This document shows, in pieces, positions 1 to 10,900 of a DNA stretch of 20,000 nucleotides. Position 1 is the first letter of the stretch. Each line of letters starts with the position of its first letter. The notes below the pieces were generated by a model. That model was not told the DNA's origin, did not search any database, and saw nothing but the letters and a program-made list of their open reading frames with translations. The translations under genes and the position numbers were made by a program. The DNA is from an uncultured virus (IMG/VR IMGVR_UViG_3300042691_048340) (taxonomy: Duplodnaviria; Heunggongvirae; Uroviricota; Caudoviricetes), in IMG/VR virus record IMGVR_UViG_3300042691_048340; one strand, 5' to 3'.

Positions 1-116
1 AACTTGGCTATCTCTGGCGGCAAGGTTTTTTTGATGGGGCTGAATAGCAGCTTACTTAGATATTGAAAATACACGTTCCCGTAGTTTTGAGCACTTTCAA
101 AGGTTGAACCTCCGCC

Positions 117-1382
117 TCAAACACACAAAGGTCTCGATAGACTAAGTGAGGCTAGATCGGGGCAACGGCTTATAGCAACATAAGCAAGTCTGAAGTCAAA
201 AAGTCGCTCAGTTACGAACTTAACACGTCCTAAAGTAAGCCCTTGGGAACTATGTATCGTCATAGCATAGCCTAGTTGTATGGGGAGCTGACTAAAAGTT
301 CCAACTGAACGGACACATACATGAGACCTCTCCTCATCCCAGTCGTACTGCCAGTTATCCCACCGGCTTTGACTAACTTTTACGCTTCTTCCGCTCTCCA
401 GTTCCAACCAAACCCCTAGCTTCTCTAGTTCCAGAACCCTACCAAGGTCTCCATTAAAAAACTTCTTGTGTGGGTCGTTAGCAACACAGAGAACTTGCGC
501 ACCTTCTTTTAGTATGAGCTCACGAGGTGCCCTGCTAAGTTCATCTCTCCACTCACCGGTGATACTGGCGGTGTAGCTACGTTCCCTTCCCTTTAGCTTT
601 CCTAGCTCAAGTACGTTGGTATCCCCGACTTGCTGGTTTGTAGGTGCAAGCGTTGTATAGTTTAGAAGTATGTTGTTTTGGGTATGCTCGTTGATATCAG
701 AAACTGTCTTTTTTATAGAGCTAACTCCCTGCTTTAGAAGGAAGTTACGCATATCAGAAAGAAGGCTAAAAAAGTAGTTATCTGTATCTTGTCGCCAACT
801 TCCTTGTAGTTCTACTATATAGCCGAGCTTATCCCATACTTTCGAGCAACTAATAAACGAAGATGAGTAGCCTAGCTTACTTAGAGCTTCTTTTTGACTC
901 AAGCCCGTACCTGTCTTTTTGTCATGTACAACAGGGGCTAGTTGTGCCATGTCGCCACAAAAGAGAACCGCGCACCCGCCGAATGGTAAGGCACAGTCTC
1001 TTATACGCCGCATTAGACTATCGATACAGTCTAACATTAGTGCGTTGACCATGCTTACCTCGTCGATAACTAACAACTCTAGTTTCTTGATAAGATAGGA
1101 ATTTTTTATGCTAGTGCTCACTTCACTAGGTTTTTGCAAGTGTGGTGGGAACCTAAAAAAACTATGGATAGTTTGTCCAGCGACGTTAAATGCTGCTATG
1201 CCTGTAGGAGCCAGGATAGCCACATCACGAAACAGTTTGACTACCCGTTTAAGCAAGTAAGTTTTACCACTCCCAGCCCCTCCCGTTAAAAATACTAGTT
1301 GAGAACTTTTTAAAAGTTGAACTAGTAGCTCTTCAGTAAGAGCACTATCTTCTTTTTTTACTTGTATGAACTTAGTCATCAC
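117..1382 (-). CDS. PIF1/RecD-like superfamily 1B DNA helicase
   Basis: 421-aa ORF with the SF1B motifs in order: Walker A LTGGAGSGKT, Ia LAPTGIAAFNVAGQTIHSFF, Walker B LLVIDEVSMV, PFGG..VLFCGDMAQLAPV, LQGSWRQ, LKEGAQVLCVAN..FFNGDLG, QLPIQLGYAMTIHSSQGLTL and YVAISR. Confidence 0.93.
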   Translation of the reverse strand: MMTKFIQVKKEDSALTEELLVQLLKSSQLVFLTGGAGSGKTYLLKRVVKLFRDVAILAPTGIAAFNVAGQTIHSFFRFPPHLQKPSEVSTSIKNSYLIKKLELLVIDEVSMVNALMLDCIDSLMRRIRDCALPFGGCAVLFCGDMAQLAPVVHDKKTGTGLSQKEALSKLGYSSSFISCSKVWDKLGYIVELQGSWRQDTDNYFFSLLSDMRNFLLKQGVSSIKKTVSDINEHTQNNILLNYTTLAPTNQQVGDTNVLELGKLKGRERSYTASITGEWRDELSRAPRELILKEGAQVLCVANDPHKKFFNGDLGRVLELEKLGVWLELESGRSVKVSQSRWDNWQYDWDEERSHVCVRSVGTFSQLPIQLGYAMTIHSSQGLTLGRVKFVTERLFDFRLAYVAISRCPDLASLSLSRPLCV

Positions 1383-1737
1383 TGTATTGTCCCACTATGT
1401 AGTACTTTAGCGGGTATGAGCACACCAGCCCCTTTATATTTCTGTATGCCGTGACATTATGATACTTGTTGGTCTGACCGCCGGCAGCACACATCCTTAG
1501 CTCCAGTCTTTCGATAAACTCAAACTCAGGTACGCTCTCCTTACTTCCTTTGAAGTAGCGGGTTATGAGCCCTAGTATAGTGGTTAGTTTTTTGTCGCGA
1601 AACAAGTCAGAGTCTTGCAACTCTTTGGCTATTTTTTCTGCATACACTAGTTCCCCTGTCTGCAAGGATGAGAAGTGCTTGAGCAAGCACTTATGGATGC
1701 TTTTGTAAAGATGATTTACATGGATTCTTCTTTTCAT
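1372..1737 (-). CDS. Small basic hypothetical protein, possibly DNA-binding, coupled to the helicase
   Basis: 121-aa Lys/Arg-rich ORF. It has a GAGGGG RBS just upstream (complement of cccctc, ~1743-1748), and its 3' end overlaps the helicase start by 11 nt. No family recognised. Confidence 0.65.
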   Translation of the reverse strand: MKRRIHVNHLYKSIHKCLLKHFSSLQTGELVYAEKIAKELQDSDLFRDKKLTTILGLITRYFKGSKESVPEFEFIERLELRMCAAGGQTNKYHNVTAYRNIKGLVCSYPLKYYIVGQYSDD

Positions 1738-1773
1738 ATATGCCCCTCATATGTTTTCAGTAAAAACTAGAAC

Positions 1774-1782
1774 ATTATATCA
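1774..1782 (-). promoter_or_regulatory. Extended -10 promoter (TGaTATAAT) for the leftward hypothetical/helicase operon
   Basis: The + strand attatatca reads TG-A-TATAAT on the minus strand, about 40 nt upstream of the 1737 start codon. Confidence 0.55.
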
Positions 1783-1840
1783 TTTTTTTCTAAAAATAAT
1801 AGAATGCCAGTCCTGGAAACATCTATTCTCACCTTAAGTA

Positions 1841-1873
1841 TTGATATCACTTGAGGACGTGCGTAATATACGC
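1841..1873 (+). promoter_or_regulatory. Sigma70-like promoter for the giant TMP gene, with an overlapping palindrome
   Basis: TTGATA (1841-1846), a 17-nt spacer, then TAATAT (1864-1869). The inverted repeat GCGTA-ata-TACGC (1861-1873) overlaps the -10. An AGGTGG RBS lies at 1900-1905 before ATG 1912. Confidence 0.45.
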
Positions 1874-1911
1874 TAATACAGTGAAAATAGGCTCTTAGCA
1901 GGTGGAAAAAT

Positions 1912-4900
1912 ATGAGTACAGATAGCACGATGGTTGTCAGTATCAAGTTTATAGCTGATACGGGTGATGCAACAAAAGCGAACAATGAGTTAATCGAGTC
2001 TCTAAAAAGTATAGCCGAGTCTATCAGAGGTACAGCAAACCGTGCCGCAAGTGCATCTACTGCAGCCGTTAGCGGTGCTAAAGAAGCAACAAGCGCATAT
2101 AAGCAAACTGCCGAAGAAGTTAAAAAACAAGGCGGCTTACTGAGTGGTATAAGAGAAAAAATCGCGGAAGTAAATAAGAGTTTAAAAGAGTTTGGTGAAA
2201 GTATTGCAAACAAAATCAAATCTTTAAAGGATTTAGCGTTGGGCTTTAATGCTCTCAAAGAGGCTGCATCTACGTTCCTAGATCCGCTTGCAGAAGCACT
2301 TGAAAAAGTTATCGATCAAGGCATCGAGTTTAGTGCTCAGATGCAAAAAATCATGACGATATCTTTCAGGGGCTTAGACACGTTAAAGGCTGGCCCCGGC
2401 ATGGAAGCGACGAAAGATATGAAGATAGACTTGGACTCGTTTAAGCTACAAATGAGTGACTTCTACCGTGAGTTAGCAGTTAGTCGCGGTCGTAACGCTG
2501 ATATAGTAGCCGAGGCTGGGGAAAATCTGGCCCGCGCGGGCTTTAATGCGGTTGAAAATATGAAGATTCTTCCGTCGTTGATGGACTTGACAACGGCTAG
2601 TGGAGCACAGTTGGGCCAAGTTAGCGAAGTTGTAGCAAATAACATGCGAGCACTTGGGTATGCTGCATCAGAGGCTGGGAAGCTTACTGATATGTTTGCG
2701 AAAACCACCTTCATTTCTAACACAAAAATACACGACTTGGAGGACTCTCTTAAGTACATTGCGCCCGTGTGGCGCTCTGCAGGACATTCTACGCACGAAC
2801 TTCTGGGCTCACTAGCCCTACTAGCTGACTTGGGGACGAAAGGTAGTCAAGCTGGTACTTCACTTCGCCAAGCACTGCTCCGCCTTGCTATCGAACCCAA
2901 GAGAACTGAACAGGGTATGAAAGCACTAGGGGTATCGATAGAAGAGTTGGGCGCTAAGGACATGGAACACTTAAAACACCAACTGTCTGATGCCGCCGCC
3001 GCCATGAAAGAAATAGGAGTTGAGACCGAAACTTTAGGTAAGGATGGGAAGCGGCAAGTCAAACCCTTTATCGATCTCATGGAAGAGATGGAAGAGAAGC
3101 TCTCAAAAATGGGGACGGGCTACGACAAGATTGGACTCATTGGACGTATCTTTGGTACTGAGCCGTCCTCAGCCATGCTTGACCTCATCGTTAACGCTAA
3201 AAAAGTTACAACAACGGATAAGCAAACAGGCAAAAGTACGACGTCATCTACGCTACGAAGTATGATAGAACAGATAGACGTAGCACAAAAGGAACATACT
3301 TCCAAAAACACTGCACTGATGATGTCAGATACGTTGGAAGGCGACTTAAGGCGCTTTAAAGCGGCATCCATGGATATGGGACTTACGTTCTACTATGCCG
3401 TTGAAAAAATGTTTCGGCAAATAACACAAACTGCCACAAGCACTGTTAAGGGCATACTTGTTTTTCTAAAGACCGCTGGCAGCGGCATAGCCGACGCCTT
3501 TTACCCACTTATTGTCGCCGTACAAGAAGCATTCGGCCCACTCATGGATAGCTTAGGGGACTTTTTCCATAAAACGCCGGGTAAGGCAACTATGGCATTT
3601 GGCAGCGCGACAGAAGCTGCTAAGTTTTTTGGCCAAGTTGTTGGCCAACTTGCTACCCTTGTTCTCACCCCCCTTATAGAGGGGTTTAAACTAGTATCCG
3701 TAGTATTAACTCCCACTGTAACTGCATTTGTAGGTGTTGGCAAAGCGATAGGGGAGACTGTGGGTGAGGTGAGTATGCGCTTTGGTCAACTCACCGAAGC
3801 CGGGTCTAAACTGTCAGGTTTCAGTGCGTTTTTGCAAGCTACTCGAGATAGTGTCGGCGGGTTTCGTGATGCATTAAATCAGTCATGGGCAGGACTAGGA
3901 GATGTACTTGCCGCTCCTTTTGAATTTTTCACAAGTGGCTTTGAGGCTGGAATTATCAGTGGATTGAGTAACTTAGGGGGTGCTATATCAGATATTGTTT
4001 TTGGTATCATCACTATGGCACTGAGCCCCCTCAAACTCGCTATCCCCGCTGACTGGGTCGACGGTGCAATCAGCGGTTTAAATACTCTCAAGTCCTCCCT
4101 TGAACCCATCACCCCGTTGCTAGGGGGATTGGCCGTTGCCGCTGGACTCGCATTCCTACCCCTGCTAAACCCTCTCCCTGTTATATTGGCAGGAATGCAG
4201 GGTTTAAAGGCATGGATAACGTCCATTAATGCAAGCTTAACAGCAACTAGTGTTTCGGCAGGCTTGGCATCGGGTGCTTTAACAAAGTTACAAGTAGCTG
4301 CCAATTTGGCAGGTGCAGCTTTCGCCGGTTGGTCTGTAGGAACTTACTTATGGAACCAGTTTGAACTGGTTAGAGTTGCCGGCTATGAAGCAGTTAGTGT
4401 GTTTTTGGAAGGCTTTGAAAACTTAAAATATGCTACGCAAGTCTTTACTGTTAGCGCAGCTATCTACTTTAGCGAGCTAAGAGACAGTTATAGCGGTGTC
4501 ATGACCGATATCTTTTCGGTCAGTACAGTACTACTTGGAAACTTAAACAAGGGCTGGCTATATATGAGTAGCTCGTTTGCTAGTGTTATGCAAACTATGC
4601 AAGGAGTATGGCAGTCGTTTGTGGCGTACTTATATGAGAAGTTGGCTAGTATAGTTGATAAGCTGGCAGGTCTGACGGGAAGCGTGGACTTTCTCCCGGG
4701 TATGGGCGATATGTCTTCCAAGTTGCAAGGTTTCTCGATGAGTTTAGGTATAGCTGCAACACAAGCTAAAGCAGCAACACTTGCAACGGTTGACTACAAC
4801 GAAGAGTATAAGAAGCAAGTACAAAGCATCGATAGTGCAGTTGAGTCTCAACTGGAAAGTATCGCCGCCAGTACTAAAGCTGGGGCGGCCAATGAGCAGT

Positions 4901-7900
4901 TGGCTAAAAGCTTAGCCACTGCCGCTGATGAGCGAGAACGCAACATAAAGCTTATAAAAGAAAGTCGTGCTGAGTTAGTTAAAGAAGCGGCATCACCAGT
5001 TACTCCTCAACGTCCTAAAGCTATAACGTATGGCTCGGAACTAGATGTCTACCAACACCTTCCCCATCATACCGAAAGCGAAGGGGATATAAATGCAAAG
5101 CAGCTTATAGCCGACCAAAAAGCCAAGGACATGGCTGCTAAAAAAGCAGTAGCAGATGCAAGAAAAGAGGCACTGCGAGAAGAAAAAAACGAGTACCGGG
5201 ACCATGCGAAAGAACTGACTGATATTGCACAAAAACAAGCTGAGTCCATAAAAGACGCTGCCAAAAGTCAGAGTGACTTTATAAAACAAAGTGCAGAGTC
5301 GCAAGTGGAGTCGCTAAAGTCCTTATCTGAACGTATGAAACAGGCAGCTAAAGAAGCCAAAGAAGTTGCCGATAAGCTAAAAAAGGACTATGACGAACTC
5401 ACTAAGCTACGTAGTGAACTCGGTGCGTCCGGTTTAAGTGAGCGTGAGAAAACGGTATATGCTGCCCACACATCGGAACAAGGTACTAACTACGGAGCTG
5501 TCATAGCGCAAAGTAAAATGCTTACTTCTGCTAACCAAGAGCTAACCAAAGCAAAAGAAGAGCTAACAAAGGCAACGCTATCGGAAACAGACGCCAAGTT
5601 GTTTGACCTCCAGTTAAAGTACCCAGATGCCATAGCGGCCGAAATCTTTCAGATGCAGGAGTTAGCTAAACAAAAGAAAGCGTCTGTCGACTTAAACAAG
5701 CAACTTGAGGGGGCTAGTCTTAGCTCAAAGCAAAACGAGTACGTAGAACTTATGCGTAAAGTTGGTGTGGAAGAAGCGTCTCGTTATGTCCGTCAAAAGC
5801 AGCTCATAGATCAACAAACTGAGTTAAAGTCTAAGGCGGAGTCTTACTGGAGCATGGCCAGCGACAAAGCCGCTGAGTACTTTGAAAAGTTTCGCAGTGG
5901 GCAACTCTCCGCAAAAGAGAGTCTAAAAGGTTTCTTTAGCGATATGGCTAAGGAACAGCAAAAGGCTGCTATGGACACTGCTAAAAAGCAGTTTTTAGGT
6001 TTATTTGGCTTAGATAGTGGGGCTAACAAAGAAGCTCAAGTACAAAAAGACTTGAACAAGGCGGCTTCTTTTTTGGCGGACTCAAATAAGTCAGTTGTTA
6101 ATGCCTCTAAGGATGCATCCGGGACTATAGCCAAGGCTATAGTTGATGCCGGTGAAAGACTAAGTGGTGTAGTAAGTCGTTTGGGAACTGATGTTAGCAA
6201 GGCTTTTTCTGACACTAAGTCGCTAGAAGTTGGGGCTGACATGATAAGCAAACACGCCGAAAGCTTAAAGAGTGCAGCCGATAAACAGGCCGAGGCTATA
6301 CGCGAGTCGGCTGACAAACAAGCCGAAGCAATACGTGATGCTGCAAGGGAACAGGCTGATGCACTAAAACAAGAAGCCCGCGACGTGGGTCATAAGGGTG
6401 CGCCAGAAACAACTCACACTTCTGGTGCGACGTCCGAAGTAGCAAAGTCTAGTAAAGAGCTAGTGTCCGCTAACCAGAAGTACGTCAAGGTCACGGATGA
6501 GGTAGCCTCTGCACTAGAGGGGGCTGCCAAAAAGTTTAACTATAGCCTTCTTGAGTTAAGCCGCATGGCATCTTTGGAGTCTGCATTTGATGCCAATATA
6601 AAGAATTTTTCTGGATACATGGGCTTGTTTCAGTTTAAAGGCGCAGCCTCAAAAGAGGTTGGAATAAGTGGTAAGGAGTATGACCCCAAGGCGGCGGCTG
6701 AAGGAGCTATCAAATACTGGGAAATAAATAAAAAAATACTGGATAAATTTAGCAAAGACTGGCGTGAAACTGCCGAAAAAATGAACATCAACGAGGGGTT
6801 GATGGCGTGGATGGCTCATAACCAGGGGGCTGGCGGCCTGAGTCAAGTTCTTAAAACGCTAACAACCGGCGTAAACCAACTTAGTAGTGACGTTACGCGA
6901 AATATCAAAAACAACTTAGTTGGAGGGGCTGGAAAGGAACTTAGTGGGGTTGCACTAGCTGAAAGGTACATGGAGGGTTGGATAGCTAAATGGAATAATT
7001 TACCTCTCCCTTCCCAGTTCAAAGACGACTTTCAGAGTGAGGTCGGCAAAGGTGTCATAGAACTTACGGCAAAAGCGAGCGAGGAGTCTAGCAAAGTTGT
7101 TGCTAAAACAATGAGTTCTAGTCCAGTTGATAAAGGCACTATATTGGAAGATAGTACACTTGACGTACTGTCCGAAACAACTAATAAGTACATCCAAAAA
7201 GGTGTGTCTTACGAGTTGGGTGCAAAAAACATCGAACTAGGGAAGATAGACTGCAGCGGTTGGGTCAACTTACTCACGAAAACGGCTTTTGAAAATATCA
7301 ACAAACAGACTGGACAAGTGGTGTTTGATAACTCTGACATGAAGCTACTTCAAAACTCCAGCCATAACATCATCCAAAGTATAGTAGATAAGACCGGCGT
7401 GTTGCTCGATAGTCGTAAAACGAGTAACTTTAAAGGACAGCTAAAAGAAGGCATGATGATAGGACTTGACAAGGGAGATCACGGTTGGGACAGTGGGCGG
7501 GTGCGAGCGGGAAGTGACGTCGATAGAAACATCGACCACATCGTGCAGGTAACAGTGGATAAGCTTAGCGGAAAACTAGGCATCTCAGAGTCTCGTAGTG
7601 TCCGGCAAAATGGTGAACAAAGAGGGGGTGTTACATGGACTGAACTGGATAAGTGGTTGAGCCAAAATAAGAAAGCAACCATGTTTGCTACCGAGCCTTT
7701 CAAGCTTGCCGCTAAAGATATCCAAAAAGCCTTCTCTGAAGTATCGGTGGCTGCCAAAAGTCAAGTCGGTGCGATAGCATCCCAAAAACAGGCTACCGCT
7801 GCCTCAACAGAAGCGGCTAAGGCGCAAGTCACAGCTCAACAAGAGTTGGCTGAAGTCGAGGCAACTCTAAGTGCAACAAAGCTATCTACGGCGGCTTCTC

Positions 7901-10900
7901 ATGAACAGGCTATGGCTGCAGTAGAGGCAGCACGAAGGACTAGCATGACACAAGACGCTACTGCTATAGCAGAGCACGCTTCCAGTACTCAAGTAGCAGG
8001 AAAGGGTATCGTTTTAGTGGCTGAGCAGGCTACAAACGAAGTAGCTAGTGTGGCACAACAAGCCAAGGAAGGTGTGGCACAAGCTACCACTCGGTGCATA
8101 AGCGAAAGTACTACTAGTGAGGGGGGAGGGGTAAGCAAAAACACGTTTGGTGGCATACTCAACTTTTTTAAAGGAGGCGACGATAAGGGTGGTGGTGGAT
8201 TTTTATCGTCTATAACAAAGGGACTCAGTAGCTTTTTTAAAGGAGGAAAGGAGGGAGGTGATAAGCCTAGTGGCGTACTTTCATCCATCGGCACTTTTTT
8301 AAGTGGCGAAGGCAACTTGACGGGTAAGCTACAAAAAAGTTTAGGGGGGTTGTTGGGAGGGAAAGGCATGAGTGAACTTACGTCTAGCCTAAGTAGCCTT
8401 ACTGGCTCTATGGGTTCTTTTGGGAAAGGTATAAGTACGTTGTTGGGAGGTGGTTCCACGCCCGGCATGAGTGCCCTCTCGTCCGTGACTTCACTTTTGG
8501 CTGGCGATATGGCCGGGGCTGCCAGCGGAGCTGCCCAGTTACTAGGCTCCATGACTCCTTTAGGGCCACTCGGAGGAATGATAGCTGGCCAGCTAACGTC
8601 TATGCTTGGTATAGGGGCTAAGTGGGTACGTGAGGCCGAGTGGGTAGAAGTTTCCATGAAAGGTATGTCGGCTTCTTTTGGTAAAGGCTATAAGGAAGTC
8701 AAAAAAGGACTGCTTGGCGGCTCCAAAATGGGTCATGAGTCACTGGATGATGCCAGCGTTAAGAAGCTAAGTGACATGTTGGGAGAGACTAAAAAGTCCA
8801 TAGAAGCCGTAAGTGCCTCGCTAGGTATGGACAAAAACGGTCTCTTAGGGAAGATGGAGAACTTTCGTTACCATATCGCTGCTATGGAAAACAAAGGCTC
8901 CGAGTGGTTTGATAAAGCTTTTGAGAAGATGCGTGTCATGATGGTTAAGTCGGCGGTTGATAACATCATGATTGCGGGCGAAGACATCAAAACAAACCTT
9001 GGTGGGGGCTTTAAAAACACGTTTAAACAAGTTTTAGATGGTACGTTTAACGAAGTTGCAAGAGCGGAAACTTGGGACGGAGTCCTAACCAAGTTTGTTG
9101 CGAGCGCGGACAGCGCAGTTAAAGGTGGGTTACAAGATGACGTATCTGGCAAGCTAGGAGAGCGTCTAACTGACTTTGTAAACGCTTCCGCTGAACAGAT
9201 AAAGACTATGCCAGTGGATGAGTTGCAAAACGTCCTCACGGGCGAAATAGGCAAGATATTTACCGACATAACCGGCGTTGCCATACCCGAGTCGATAACC
9301 GGTGAGTTAGCAAGCGTGTTTGCAACCCGAGTCCAGGATGCTGTTAAACTTGCCGCTGGAGAAGATGTGGCGGGTAAAACGGTTATAAAAGATACTGGGG
9401 AGGTAAACTTTTATAAGACGTTGAAGTCAATGGTGGCTAGCTTTGAGGGAACGGAACAGGAACTTAGCGCGTTTGTTGGGAAGATGATGGAAACGAAAGA
9501 TATTTTTAAACAAACCGGCCTTAGTATGGGCGTATTTTCCGAGTCTATGGTTACCAGTTTTGGTGATATGGATAGATTTAGCGCGTCTTTAGGCTTCTTT
9601 AAAGAAAATTTTGCAACAGTGTCAACCACTAATATCGAATTTGCCAATAGCCTAGCCACTCTAAATGCTTCTTTAAAACAGGTACAGTTGCAAGCCTTGC
9701 CAGGCGTTAACACCGCGTTTCCTAAAACACGTGAGGAGTTCTTTAAGCTTGCCCAGTCTGTTTCTGAGCTTGGAAAAGATGGTGAAGCAACGTTTAGCAC
9801 GCTCCTTAAAGGAGGTCCTCAGTTTGCCAGCTACTACAAGGCTATCGAGGAGTTTAATCAAAAGTTTGGTAGTGCGACTGGCAACTCTCTTAAAGTGCAG
9901 GCCAAGAACACATCTGAACTTACCCAACTGCTAAACGACTCCTTTAAAAACCTAGGCTTAGAGGTGCCTAAGACCCGTAAGGAGTTGTTTGAACTGGTTC
10001 AGGGCTTTGACTTAACAAACAACTCACAACGCAAGTTACATGACTCTATACTTGAGCTAGCTCCCGCGCTTGATGGCTTGTACATCAACTCGGAACAAGT
10101 AGACAAGTTTAGAGAGTCTATGCAAAGTATCTACGATACTTCTGGAACTACTGAAAAGACTCTAGTAAACCTGAGTAAAGAGTTTCCCAACCTAAGCTTA
10201 GGGGCTGGTGTGCTCACGCTAAATGCTAAAGAAGCGGCGCGGCAACTTGCAAGCATGTCAACTAGCGAACTCATGACATGGGCTGAAAATATGGGCATGG
10301 TTGGACTTTCTATAGAAACCATAACACAAAAGACTTCAGAGTACCTGGGTGCAGTGGCTGAACTACAGGACAAGATGTTTAGCAACATCAACGCTGACTC
10401 GTTGGGCGGAGATCTGATGAAGGTGCTTACGGACGCTAACGTTGGTTCCGCTGCAGAAGCGGGGAGAATGTTTGCAGCCAACTTCACCAACCAGTTTTAC
10501 AACCAACTGGTTGGCACCGTCCTGAATGGTGTCATGCAAACAGTGTACGAGGGAATCGTAAGTCCGTTCTTGTCTTCTTCAGCACAAGCAGCTCTAAATA
10601 TGACTGAAGGAGGTGCTATGGCGGGGGCTAATCTTGCGCAAGGTGGCAACATATCTGCTAGTAGTACAGCCGCTGGTGGGAGTATGGCTGGAACGGCTAT
10701 GGCAAGTGGCGGAATGCTTGCTGGTGACGCCCTGGCTAAAATAGTAAGTGAGGCCGTTGATAAAGTGAAGATGATGGGTCAAATAATGAACGACCCGGCA
10801 ATGAAAGAAGCTTTAAATACTTTGACGGGTGGACTACAAACAGTTGGTGAAGCCGCCTTCAATGCCACTCCTCAACTTAGAAGCGAAGTCAGGACTGATG

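Noticed and set aside
863..1048. 61-aa + strand ORF
   Set aside because: It is antisense to the conserved helicase core.
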